Source of the DNA: Oscillospiraceae bacterium
Lineage (GTDB): Bacteria; Bacillota; Clostridia; Oscillospirales; CAG-272
Length of the DNA: 52,052 bases
Assembly: GCA_015064005.1 (NCBI GenBank)
Contig: SVTA01000002.1
Span: 1 to 52,052, forward strand
Direction: 5' to 3'
The notes beneath the pieces are model-generated. The model worked only from the letters and a program-made list of their open reading frames with translations, did not search any database and was not told where the DNA came from. The translations under genes were made by a program, and so were the position numbers. Below, piece by piece: positions 8,156-16,817 of this stretch. The first letter of the stretch is position 1, and each line of letters starts with the position of its first letter.

Positions 8156-9956
8156 TTGCGGCACCTCCCTTCTGCATCTGGGACGCGTAAATATCACGGT
8201 ACGTATCACTGATCCGCAAAAGCTCCTCATGGGGGGCGCAATGGCGGATGGTACCGTCCTCCACCACCGCGATGCGGTCTGCACTCTTGACGCTGGCCAC
8301 GCGCTGGGCGATCATAATGACGGTGGTATCCTGCATCCGCTCGCGAAGCGCCGCCTGCAGCTTTGCCTCGGTGGAAAGATCCAATGCCGAGGTGGCATCG
8401 TCCAGCACCAATATTTCCGGCCTTCTGGCTACGGCGCGGGCAATGGAAAGCCGCTGCTTCTGGCCGCCGGAAAGGGACGCGCCCTTCTCCGCGATCATGC
8501 TGTCATAGCCGCCGGCAAAGCCGGTAATAAAGCCGTCTGCCTGCGCGACCTTTGCCGCATCCTGCACCTCCTCGTCGGTGGCGTCCTTTCTGCCCCAACG
8601 GATATTGCCGGAAACGGTATCGGAAAACAGCTCACTTTTCTGCAAAACGAAGCCCACCTTGCGCCGCAGCTCCTTCAGCTTATAGGAGCGCACCGGCGCG
8701 CCGTCCACCAGCACCTCTCCCTCGGTGGCATCGTAAAATCGGGAGATAAGATGCACCAGCGACGATTTGCCGGAGCCGGTGGCGCCCACGATCGCCAGCG
8801 TTTCGCCTCTCCGCACCTGCAAGTTGATATCGTGCAGCACGGGGGCGCCCACGGTGCCGGGATAGCGGAAGCTGACGTTTTTGAACTCCACCGCCACAGG
8901 GGCCTCCGGCGCGGTCACGGCCCCCTCACCGTCCACGATGACAGGGGCGGTATCCATCACCTCCCGCACGCGCTTGACGGAGGCAAGGGCACGGGAAACC
9001 GAGTGGAACATGGTGGTCATCATCATGATGGAAAACACCACCTGCGTGGTATAGGTCACGGCAGCCATCACGTTGCCGGTGCTCATGCCACCCAGGCCCT
9101 CGGCAATGCTGCTGCCGCCGAGATAGATGATGGCAATGACCGCAAAATTCTGCACAAGCACCAGAACGGGGTGCGTTATGGCCATCAGACGCTGCACGCG
9201 GTAGCTGATATTCCGCAGCTCGCCGTTGGCGGTATCAAAGCGGCCGTTCTCGTATTCCTCCTGCACGGAGGCCTTCACGATACGGGCACCGCTGACATTC
9301 TCCTGCACCACGCAGTTGACGCGATCCAGCTTCTTCTGCACCACGGAAAACAGCGGCACGGCACGGGAAAGCACCAGCACCAGCGTCACCAGCAGCACCG
9401 GCAGTGAGATCAGCAGCACCATGCCGAAGCGGATATCCAGCGTCAGCAAAAATACGGTGCCGCCCACGAAAAACATGGGGGAGCGCACGAACATCCGCAG
9501 CAGCATTTCCACAAACTCCACGATCATAGCGATATCGTTGGTCATACGGGTGACCAGCGACCCCGTGGTGAAGCGGTCGGTCTGCTCAATGGAAAGGGAC
9601 ATGACCCGCGCGTAGGCATCCCGCCGCAGATCGTGGCCGAAGCCCTGTGCCGCGCGAGCCGCGGTATAGGCACAGAAGGTGCCGAAAAAGCCACCGATCA
9701 GCGTCACCAGCAGCATCAGAATACCAAACGTGATGATGATATGCAGGCTGGTGTAATTCCCATCGGGGAAAAGAATCCCCATGACGGTGGATGCCAACCG
9801 GCTCTCCCCGATATCCTCGCCAATGATGCCGTAATTAACAATAAAGGACATCAGATACGGCAGGCAAAGATCCGCCAGCACCTCGCCCATCATCAGGAGA
9901 GGCGAGAGAATGGCAAAGCCCCGATAGGGCTTCAAATAGCGAAACAGTTTACGCAA
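8148..9956 (-). CDS. ABC exporter, fused permease/ATPase subunit (heterodimer partner)
   Basis: Walker A GATGSGKSS, signature LSGGQKQR, Walker B ILVLDDATS. Confidence 0.9.
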   Translation of the reverse strand: MRKLFRYLKPYRGFAILSPLLMMGEVLADLCLPYLMSFIVNYGIIGEDIGESRLASTVMGILFPDGNYTSLHIIITFGILMLLVTLIGGFFGTFCAYTAARAAQGFGHDLRRDAYARVMSLSIEQTDRFTTGSLVTRMTNDIAMIVEFVEMLLRMFVRSPMFFVGGTVFLLTLDIRFGMVLLISLPVLLVTLVLVLSRAVPLFSVVQKKLDRVNCVVQENVSGARIVKASVQEEYENGRFDTANGELRNISYRVQRLMAITHPVLVLVQNFAVIAIIYLGGSSIAEGLGGMSTGNVMAAVTYTTQVVFSIMMMTTMFHSVSRALASVKRVREVMDTAPVIVDGEGAVTAPEAPVAVEFKNVSFRYPGTVGAPVLHDINLQVRRGETLAIVGATGSGKSSLVHLISRFYDATEGEVLVDGAPVRSYKLKELRRKVGFVLQKSELFSDTVSGNIRWGRKDATDEEVQDAAKVAQADGFITGFAGGYDSMIAEKGASLSGGQKQRLSIARAVARRPEILVLDDATSALDLSTEAKLQAALRERMQDTTVIMIAQRVASVKSADRIAVVEDGTIRHCAPHEELLRISDTYRDIYASQMQKGGAANE

Positions 9957-9965
9957 AGCTCTACC

Positions 9966-10448
9966 TCATCTTTCCTTTAAGTTTTCATATACACGCTGCA
10001 GCAGCGCCGTCAGCTGCGCCTCCTCCGCAGGGGTAAAGCCCTCCATGGCACAGCGATCGTTTTCGGTGATCAGATTGAGATGCTCACGGTCAAAAGCACG
10101 GCCCTTTTCGCTCAGTGCTACCAGCATCACACGGCGATCCTTCTGATCCGGCCTGCGGCACACATATCCCTCCGCCTCCATTTTGCGCAGCAGAATACTG
10201 ACGGTGGGGGTGGAGAAGTGGGTTTTTTCCGCCAGCGTGAGCTGACTTGCCTCGCCCAAAACCGCCAGATGTGCCATCAGCACGCGGGCCGCGTGCTGGG
10301 ACATCACGCCGGTCGCCTCATTCCGTCGCACGCGGTAGCGCAGCTGCCTGGCCACATCCATGATCAGGCGAGGCGCCTGCGGCAGGGATTGCAGCTCAAC
10401 ACGCTCCGGCATAGCAGGAGCGGGACCGTTTGGAAGATGTTCCTTCAT
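9966..10448 (-). CDS. MarR family transcriptional regulator
   Basis: Winged-helix segment LTLAEKTHFSTPTVSILLRKMEAEGYVCRRPDQKDRRVMLVALSEKG. The ATG at 10448 has a GGAGG 6 nt upstream. The ATG at 10460 is an alternative start. Confidence 0.85.
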   Translation of the reverse strand: MKEHLPNGPAPAMPERVELQSLPQAPRLIMDVARQLRYRVRRNEATGVMSQHAARVLMAHLAVLGEASQLTLAEKTHFSTPTVSILLRKMEAEGYVCRRPDQKDRRVMLVALSEKGRAFDREHLNLITENDRCAMEGFTPAEEAQLTALLQRVYENLKER

Positions 10449-10594
10449 ATTGGCCTCCATAATAATTTATTAGCAAACTAATTATAGCAGATTCCGGCAG
10501 TTTGTCAAGAGCTTTCTCTTTGATTTTATCCGGATCGCTTTATTTTTTTCGACAGCCGTGTGCCTCGACCGATAAATTGGGGCTTATCGCAATG

Positions 10595-10895
10595 TTCGCA
10601 CAAACTTTTTGTAAAAAGTTTTGATCAAACTTTTTCAAAAGTTTGCGGGTGTGGGCGGTGCCCACAAAAACGCCGTTTCTTTTTGATAACTTTTTCTTTG
10701 CGGCTCACACCTGCAAAGAAAAAGTGGCTAAGAAAACTGAAAGAGCTTGTGGCTACAGCCATTTGGCGTTTGCAAACTCCTTGCCCGCTTTTCTCTTTGA
10801 CACCGGAGGCACAAAGAGAAAAGCTACCAAAAGAGAAATGCCCTATATGGGGCTCTGCCCCATGCCCCGCCGCCTTTTGAAAAAGGCGGGCGAAA
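10595..10895. repeat. Intergenic cluster of at least 6 different short A/T-run hairpins
   Basis: Examples: ctttttctttgc...gcaaagaaaaag (about 10690-10725), cttttctctttg...caaagagaaaag (about 10789-10823), gtgggc-ggt-gcccac, cgccgcctttt-gaa-aaaggcgggcg. Confidence 0.6.
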
Positions 10896-11036
10896 ACTTC
10901 CCGAAAGGGCTTGTGCGAACAAAGCGACAAATCAACATTAAAAAAACAAATCTTGGCAACAGTTGCGTATATTGTTATTGGTGAACGGCGTTTTTTCGGG
11001 CATAGTAATAGCACAGCGAAATTTGGGGGAATTTTT

Positions 11037-12080
11037 ATGATAAAATTGGAAAACAGGGGCAAACGGGTGGCGTTTTTGGCACTTTTGCTCTGCTTTGCCC
11101 TCCTCCTTTCCCTGCCGCTTTCGGCAGTGGCAAGGCGAGAGGAGCGAGAGGTGCTGTTGGTGGGCGGCATCCCGTTTGGGGTGCGCTTTTTTACCGATGG
11201 GATCCTTGTTGTTGGGTACTGCGACGTCACCTGCGGCGGGCGAGCCAAGAATCCCGCGCGGGATGCCGGGCTCCAGCCCGGGGATTGTATTATAGAAGTC
11301 AACGGTCAACGACCGCAAAGCGTGACGGAGCTCTCCGAGGCCATTCACAACGCGGGCGGCACGCCGCTGACGCTGACCGTGCGGCACAAAGGCGAGGACA
11401 AGCAGGTGACCCTCTCACCGGTGGCCTGTGACAAGGATGGCAAATGCCGCACGGGGCTTTGGGTGCGGGATTCCGGCGCCGGCATTGGTACTGTCACCTT
11501 TGTGCGGCAGGAGGATCTCTCCTTCGGTGGGCTCGGACACGGCATTTGTGACGGAGAAAGCGGATGTTTGGTTCCCATGGCGCGGGGCAGCGTGCTGGGC
11601 GCGGAGATCGGCGGTATCAAAAAGGGCGCCGTGGGGGCGCCGGGCGAGCTGAAGGGACATTTTTCCGCAGGCAAAAGCGGCACAGTGCTGCAAAACACCG
11701 AGTGCGGCGTGTTCGGCTATTTCGGGGAGCAACCGACCCTTCCAGCCGGCGCGATGCCCATTGGCTACAGGGAGGAGCTGCGCGACGGCGCAGCGACCCT
11801 GTGGTGCACGCTGGATGACAACGTCACGCGGGAATACGGCATTGAAATTTCGGATATTCACAGAAACGCCACGGGCAACAAATGCTTCACCGTCACCGTC
11901 ACCGATATGGATCTGTTAGAGAAAACCGGCGGCATCGTGCAGGGCATGTCGGGCAGCCCCATCGTGCAGAACGGTAAGCTGGTGGGAGCGGTGACCCACG
12001 TGCTCATCGGAGACCCCACCACGGGGTATGGAATCTTTATTGAGAATATGCTGGAGAACATGGCGCAGGCGCTGGGGTAA
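11037..12080 (+). CDS. spoIVB: SpoIVB peptidase (S55 serine peptidase, PDZ domain)
   Basis: Signal/TM N-terminus, PDZ-like PGDCIIEVNG, and the catalytic-region motif [20 protein letters not shown]. The ATG at 11037 follows GGGGGA. Confidence 0.9.
   Translation: MIKLENRGKRVAFLALLLCFALLLSLPLSAVARREEREVLLVGGIPFGVRFFTDGILVVGYCDVTCGGRAKNPARDAGLQPGDCIIEVNGQRPQSVTELSEAIHNAGGTPLTLTVRHKGEDKQVTLSPVACDKDGKCRTGLWVRDSGAGIGTVTFVRQEDLSFGGLGHGICDGESGCLVPMARGSVLGAEIGGIKKGAVGAPGELKGHFSAGKSGTVLQNTECGVFGYFGEQPTLPAGAMPIGYREELRDGAATLWCTLDDNVTREYGIEISDIHRNATGNKCFTVTVTDMDLLEKTGGIVQGMSGSPIVQNGKLVGAVTHVLIGDPTTGYGIFIENMLENMAQALG
11952..12016 (+). repeat. Left copy of the 65-bp direct repeat (inside the intact spoIVB)
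   Basis: ggcagccccatcgtgcagaacggtaagctggtgggagcggtgacccacgtgctcatcggagaccc. Confidence 0.9.
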
Positions 12081-12150
12081 AGCGGACCGTCGAGGAAGCC
12101 GGTCCCTACAAGTGATGCCACAGGGGCGGGCGAAGTGGACCGCACGCAAA

Positions 12151-12187
12151 AAGGCAATATCATTCCTTCACGGTTTGATATTGCCTT
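12151..12187. terminator. Hairpin between spoIVB and the convergent cassette gene
   Basis: aaggcaatatca ... tgatattgcctt (12-bp stem). Confidence 0.55.
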
Positions 12188-12213
12188 GTGTCATGTTCGA
12201 ATCGTTATCGCAA

Positions 12214-12741
12214 TTATACCTTGAAGTATTTTTTGATCACGGCATCAACATTTCTTTCCTTAACCGAGCCATCATCATATACTTCTCCGGTTTGATATTT
12301 TTGTGTAAAAGAAGCCACATTGCCGCACTTCGCACAGGTACAAGTAAAGTCAACATGCTCTATTCTTATACCTTCAATCTGTTTTCTATCAGAGTTGGGG
12401 TTTGTTTTCTTATCTTTGATTTCAATCTCACCGACCTCCCATTCCACACAGGTCTGATAATCATATCTTGCACCGCATTCCTGGCAAAAATTTCTCCGAA
12501 TTCTCTTCAATTCTCCAGGCACCCACACCGCCAACAAAACAGCTATGGAGATCAAAGCCGCACAAATACCAATAAGAGCATTGCCCAAAAGTAACAGGCT
12601 TCCTACTATGAAAACCGCTGCTACTATTCCTGCAACAATAGCTGCCGAAATCCATACCTTTCTCTTTGAGCGCTTATATGCGCTCATATCAACCTTGATT
12701 TCATTCTTTTTTTCAACAACATCCATTTTCTTTTCCTCCAT
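12214..12741 (-). CDS. Hypothetical two-TM membrane protein with a C-terminal CxxC...CxxC zinc-ribbon domain
   Basis: Hydrophobic stretches VWISAAIVAGIVAAVFIVGSLLLL and ALIGICAALISIAVLLAVWV, then CQECG ... CAKCG. Low-GC codon usage. The internal ATG at 12726 has the better RBS (GGAGG). Confidence 0.7.
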   Translation of the reverse strand: MEEKKMDVVEKKNEIKVDMSAYKRSKRKVWISAAIVAGIVAAVFIVGSLLLLGNALIGICAALISIAVLLAVWVPGELKRIRRNFCQECGARYDYQTCVEWEVGEIEIKDKKTNPNSDRKQIEGIRIEHVDFTCTCAKCGNVASFTQKYQTGEVYDDGSVKERNVDAVIKKYFKV

Positions 12742-12912
12742 TGTGAATAAAATTGTACCAACATAGAATCATTAATGTTGGAGTGCCAATATTGTATCAT
12801 ATTTTTGGGCCGTTGTCAATACTAATAACTTAAATTTTACCTATAAATATCTTCTTTTAAAGTTATTGGTGTTGTATAATCAAGATAAACCAGCATTGCA
12901 AAAGGAGAAAAA

Positions 12913-13239
12913 ATGAATATAGATTACAAACTGATTGGCGAGAGAATCAAAAAAGCTCGCAAATCCAAAGGGCTCACACAGGATATTCTTTCGGAAAAGC
13001 TGAACGTATCCATTGGTTATGTTAGCCAGGTTGAGCGCGGTATAACAAAAATAAGCCTTGATCTGCTTGGCGCAATCTCAAGCATATTAGAGTTTGATAT
13101 TGCAAGTTTTATAACCGAAAGCGCTCCAAATTCAAACGATTATGTGGAGTCCGAGCTTCTCTCCGAAATCCGAAAGCTCGACGGGAAGAAAAAGAAATAT
13201 ATACTTGAGATTATCAAATTAACCAATGATATAATGTAA
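12913..13239 (+). CDS. XRE-family helix-turn-helix transcriptional regulator
   Basis: IGERIKKARKSKGLTQDILSEKLNVSIGYVSQVERG is a canonical HTH_3 motif. RBS AAAGGAG. Confidence 0.9.
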   Translation: MNIDYKLIGERIKKARKSKGLTQDILSEKLNVSIGYVSQVERGITKISLDLLGAISSILEFDIASFITESAPNSNDYVESELLSEIRKLDGKKKKYILEIIKLTNDIM

Positions 13240-13240
13240 A

Positions 13241-13286
13241 AAGGTAATGCTTTTCCTGAAACGGATTGGCATTACCTTTATATTTT
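13241..13286 (+). terminator. Rho-independent terminator of the XRE gene
   Basis: aaggtaatgc ... gcattacctt followed by tatatttt. Confidence 0.6.
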
Positions 13287-13323
13287 CGTTAAAATGCGTT
13301 GTCCTTTATTGACCACACTCCTG

Positions 13324-13457
13324 AGCGGCAGCCCCATCGTGCAGAACGGTAAGCTGGTGGGAGCGGTGACCCACGTGCTCATCGGAGACCCGACCACAGG
13401 CTATGGCATTTTTATCGAGAATATGCTGGCCAATATGGCCGAAGCGGCGGGAAAATA
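13324..13457 (+). pseudogene. spoIVB: Orphaned 3' fragment of spoIVB (encodes ...[44 protein letters not shown])
   Basis: The first 65 nt are identical to 11952-12016. Next come 6 synonymous differences, then a divergent C-terminus. It has no catalytic N-terminal part. Confidence 0.85.
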
Positions 13458-13540
13458 AGCAATCATAACCACCGGCTGCGCCGGGCACTCGCGTGAGCCT
13501 GCCTATCATATTATTCGTGATTCATTGGCTGTAAAAGCAC

Positions 13541-13578
13541 CAAGAACCCGCCCCATGGGGCGGGTTCTTGGCGGTTTT
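13541..13578 (+). terminator. Probable original spoIVB terminator
   Basis: caagaacccgcccc-at-ggggcgggttcttg followed by gcggtttt. Confidence 0.65.
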
Positions 13579-13684
13579 ACGTTTGCACAGGGCGGGTCTT
13601 CAGGGCAGTATAGGAATCCTCGCTGTAGCGAGGTCGGCTGCCGTCCGGTCCCGATTCCACGCATTTCTTTTTTATGATCTCCAC

Positions 13685-14605
13685 CTACGGTGTGCCTTTT
13701 TTCTGCTTTTTACCATACGGCACCGGCAGCTGCGCCACCATAATGGCGGCAAAGATCAGCATCATTCCGATCCATTCCCGGCCGCTTGGAAACGCCCGCA
13801 GGGCTACCATCCCCGCCAGCACGCCAACCACCGATTCCAGACTCAGCACAAGGCAGGCGATAGCACCGGGTAGCCGCTGCTGACCGATGATCTGCAGGGT
13901 ATAGGCAACACCCGTAGAAAGGATGCCGGCGTACAGCACCGTCCACCAGCCCTCCAGCACACCGGAGAGCGTGGGCGCTTCAAAGATGACGGCGAGAACG
14001 GCGGAGAGCACCGCCACGGTGGCAAACTGCACGGTAGAAAGGCGAATGCCATCCACGTCGGCGCCAAACACCTCCACCAGCACCATCTGCACCGCATAAA
14101 AGAGTGAGCAGATGATCAGCTGGGTGTCGGCCACGGTCAGCGCCGCGCCGTTCATGCAGAGCAGCCACAGACCGCCCAACGCCACCAGCACACATACGTA
14201 TACGTGGGGATCGGCCTTCTTTTTGAAGAAAAGCCCCAAAACGGGTACGAAAACGATGTAGAGCGCAGTAATGAAGGCCGCCTTGCCGGGCTCACCCGGG
14301 CTACCGGTGATCCCGAATTGCTGCAGCGCTGAGGCGGCGCAAAGGATGGTTCCACACACCACGCCACAGAGAATCAGCTTTTTCTTGTGCGCGGCGGTGG
14401 AGGGCTGATACACGCCCTGCTTCTTCCGCACGCGGTCCCTGATGAGGAATACGGGTAGCAGCGCCGCCACGCCCACAAAGGAGCGCAGCGCAAGATAGGT
14501 AAAGGGGGGAATGGTTCTGGCGCCCACATCCTGCGCGATGAAGGTCGTGCCCCAAAATAAAGCGGCAAGCAGGCAACAGAGGAAGCCGCTGACTTTTCGA
14601 TTCAT
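13685..14605 (-). CDS. DMT/EamA family transporter
   Basis: Ten-TM profile. The N-terminus LLAALFWGTTFIAQDVG is typical of EamA domains. Confidence 0.85.
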   Translation of the reverse strand: MNRKVSGFLCCLLAALFWGTTFIAQDVGARTIPPFTYLALRSFVGVAALLPVFLIRDRVRKKQGVYQPSTAAHKKKLILCGVVCGTILCAASALQQFGITGSPGEPGKAAFITALYIVFVPVLGLFFKKKADPHVYVCVLVALGGLWLLCMNGAALTVADTQLIICSLFYAVQMVLVEVFGADVDGIRLSTVQFATVAVLSAVLAVIFEAPTLSGVLEGWWTVLYAGILSTGVAYTLQIIGQQRLPGAIACLVLSLESVVGVLAGMVALRAFPSGREWIGMMLIFAAIMVAQLPVPYGKKQKKGTP

Positions 14606-14663
14606 CTTAAAAGCTCACTTTCTAACCGATGTTTTATCATTGTAGCATGTCAACAGCACCGTG

Positions 14664-15881
14664 TCAAGGCTTGCGGCGGTTTTGGATGCCGATCTCCTCG
14701 TTCTCATAGCACCCCAGGCGGATACTGTCCCGCCCGAAGCGGCGGCGCAGCTCGTACAGCGTGCTTTCCACGCCCTCCTGCCGCTCGGAGGGGGCGGCAT
14801 CGGCAAACATATCCAGCTGCTCCTCCACCTCGCCGGCCGCAACCAGACCTCCCGCCGTAATCGTAATGCTGCGAATGGCGTTGCCGTAGCCGTGGGCGAT
14901 CTTGATCAGCGCCATGGCGTTATCGATCAGATCCTGCCGCAGCCAAGTGGCGCGCTTCAGGGTGATTTGCCGCTGAACGGTGCGGAAATCCGGGGTTTTC
15001 ACCTGCACCTGCACCACGGTGCATTTCATATCCTCATCCCGCAGGCGGGCGGCTACAGAATCTGAAAGCGCCATCACGCCCGCACGAATCTCGGCCTCAC
15101 CCACCACGTCCCGCTTAAAGGTCATACCGTTGCCCACGGATTTGGGCGCGGGGCGGTCGTGATACGCCCGCACCGGCTCGTTATCAAGGCCATTGGCGTA
15201 ACGCCAAAGTGTTTCGCCCGCCTCGCCCAGCTCCCTTGCCAGCAGCAGACGGTCAGCAGCAGCCAGATCGCCAATGGTCAAAATACCGAAGCGTCGCAGC
15301 GCCTCGGTGGTGCGCTTTCCGGCGAAAAGCAGGTCCGAAACCGGCAAAGGGTAGGCAACGGTGCGGAAATTCGACCGATCGATGACCGTGGTGGCATCCG
15401 GCTTCTTGTAATCGCTGCCCAGCTTGGCAAACACACGGCAAAAGCTGACGCCCACCGAGATCGTAATACCGATCTCCTGCCGCACGCGGGCGCGAATGGT
15501 ATCTGCCAGCTCTCGCGGTGTCATGGGAAACAGGTGCATACTGCCCGTCACATCCAAAAAGGACTCGTCGATGCCAAAGGGGTCTACAAGGTCGGTATAA
15601 TCCAGATAAATGGCATTGACCCGACGGGAGATCTCGTGATATCTCCCGTGGTGCGGCGCCACCAGCCGGAGCGCGGGGCACTTTTCCTTTGCCTCGCGAA
15701 TGGTCTCCGCCGTACGGATGCCATAGGCCTTGGCCAGCTCGTTTTTGGCAAGAATGATGCCGTGTCGGTTCTCGGGATCGCCGGCAACGGCCATGGGCAC
15801 GCCCGCAAGGCTGGGGTCAAGCAGCGTTTCCACCGAGGCATAAAAGCCATTGCAATCGCAATGCAGGATCACACGGTCCAT
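14664..15881 (-). CDS. dinB: DNA polymerase IV (Y-family)
   Basis: ILHCDCNGFYASVE ... PMAVAGDPENRHGIILAKNELAKAYGI is a canonical DinB N-terminus. Confidence 0.9.
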   Translation of the reverse strand: MDRVILHCDCNGFYASVETLLDPSLAGVPMAVAGDPENRHGIILAKNELAKAYGIRTAETIREAKEKCPALRLVAPHHGRYHEISRRVNAIYLDYTDLVDPFGIDESFLDVTGSMHLFPMTPRELADTIRARVRQEIGITISVGVSFCRVFAKLGSDYKKPDATTVIDRSNFRTVAYPLPVSDLLFAGKRTTEALRRFGILTIGDLAAADRLLLARELGEAGETLWRYANGLDNEPVRAYHDRPAPKSVGNGMTFKRDVVGEAEIRAGVMALSDSVAARLRDEDMKCTVVQVQVKTPDFRTVQRQITLKRATWLRQDLIDNAMALIKIAHGYGNAIRSITITAGGLVAAGEVEEQLDMFADAAPSERQEGVESTLYELRRRFGRDSIRLGCYENEEIGIQNRRKP

Positions 15882-15921
15882 AGGCGGCTCCTTTCTGTAT
15901 GATTTGAAATGGTGCAGCGTG

Positions 15922-16653
15922 TCACATCAGCGACAGCAAAAACGCGGTGTCGGCGGGCAGCCCCGTACCCACGCCAAAGGGCGTACCCTTTGCGGCATAA
16001 CGGCGCAGCTCAAAGCGCTCGGCGCCGAGATAAGCTGCCAAACGGGGGGCGAAATCGACGTTTCCCAGCCATTCTGTAAAGAGGATTTTGTCGCCCTCTC
16101 TACGGTAGAGCGCGACGCATTCGTCGGGCAGTGCCAGTGCGCCGTCACTGCACAGCGACAGAAAAGCCTCATCCGGCGCGACAAAGGGCTCGGTCAGATA
16201 GCGCCGGCGGCAGGCAAGATACCTCTCTGCCGTCAGCGCCTGCGGCAAGGTGGGCAAGGACGCCGCTTCCGCTCGCCCCACCTCAGTGACGACGGGCGAC
16301 AGCGGCAAGAGCCCTGCCTTCTCATAAAACGCAAACAGCGACGGTGTGCGCGGGTGCAAAAATACGGGGAAACCCCGCTTCACCTCGTCCTCGATCAGCC
16401 CCTTCGCCAGTCCCTGCCCACGGTAGGCAGGATCGGTGGCAATGCCAAAGAGATAGCGGGCCGGAATGGTTCCCCGCTCGGTTTGCACGGCATACGGTAT
16501 AGAAAACAGCATGGAGGCCACTCGCCCACCATCACCCACCACGCGAAGATGGCGGGGAAAATATCGGGCAAAGAGCCCCTCTACCAGCGTAGGCTGCAGC
16601 TGGGGCAGCGCCGTTTCCAGCAGATGGCGACTTTCTGTGTACAGATCCTTCAT
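15922..16653 (-). CDS. GNAT family N-acetyltransferase
   Basis: Motif A-like IATDPAYRGQGLAKGLI. Confidence 0.7.
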   Translation of the reverse strand: MKDLYTESRHLLETALPQLQPTLVEGLFARYFPRHLRVVGDGGRVASMLFSIPYAVQTERGTIPARYLFGIATDPAYRGQGLAKGLIEDEVKRGFPVFLHPRTPSLFAFYEKAGLLPLSPVVTEVGRAEAASLPTLPQALTAERYLACRRRYLTEPFVAPDEAFLSLCSDGALALPDECVALYRREGDKILFTEWLGNVDFAPRLAAYLGAERFELRRYAAKGTPFGVGTGLPADTAFLLSLM

Positions 16654-16695
16654 GCTTTCACCTCATTTCCACATCAGTATAACCTATTTTTCAGA

Positions 16696-16724
16696 TTTCG
16701 TCAAGCCCATTCCCCTTGACGAAA
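16696..16724. promoter_or_regulatory. 10-bp perfect inverted repeat overlapping a candidate -35 in a divergent promoter region
   Basis: tttcgtcaag-cccattccc-cttgacgaaa. TTGACG, then 17 nt, then TAATAT lies downstream. Confidence 0.35.
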
Positions 16725-16817
16725 CGGTATTTTTGTGGTAATATAATGGTATATAAGGCGCACTTCTGCGGCAATTTGTCCCGCTGCCGTCCGCCGCAAC
16801 CCGAAAGGAACAAAACC

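Larger units (their letters stand above)
11952..13391. mobile_element. Inserted AT-rich cassette bounded by 65-bp perfect direct repeats (candidate non-autonomous integrative remnant). No recombinase gene is present.
   Basis: 11952-12016 is identical to 13327-13391. The interior from about 12190 to 13300 is visibly AT-rich against GC-rich flanks. It displaces the original spoIVB 3' end and terminator. Confidence 0.55.

Noticed and set aside
10560-11302. ORFs 10560-10880 (+), 10643-10984 (+) and 10625-11302 (-) in the marR-spoIVB spacer
   Set aside because: They run through the hairpin thicket and have no RBS. Their sequences (runs of K, F, P and R) are dictated by the A/T-run palindromes. 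They are treated as non-coding.
11952-13391. Prophage or ICE interpretation of the spoIVB cassette
   Set aside because: The cassette is only about 1.3 kb and has no integrase, recombinase, or structural or conjugation genes. It is therefore reported only as a non-autonomous element or remnant.
13294-13457. Possible 54-aa ORF ([16 protein letters not shown]...) starting at an ATG upstream of the spoIVB fragment
   Set aside because: No RBS. It encodes only the last ~45 residues of an S55 peptidase without the catalytic core. It is better explained as the remnant left by the cassette insertion.
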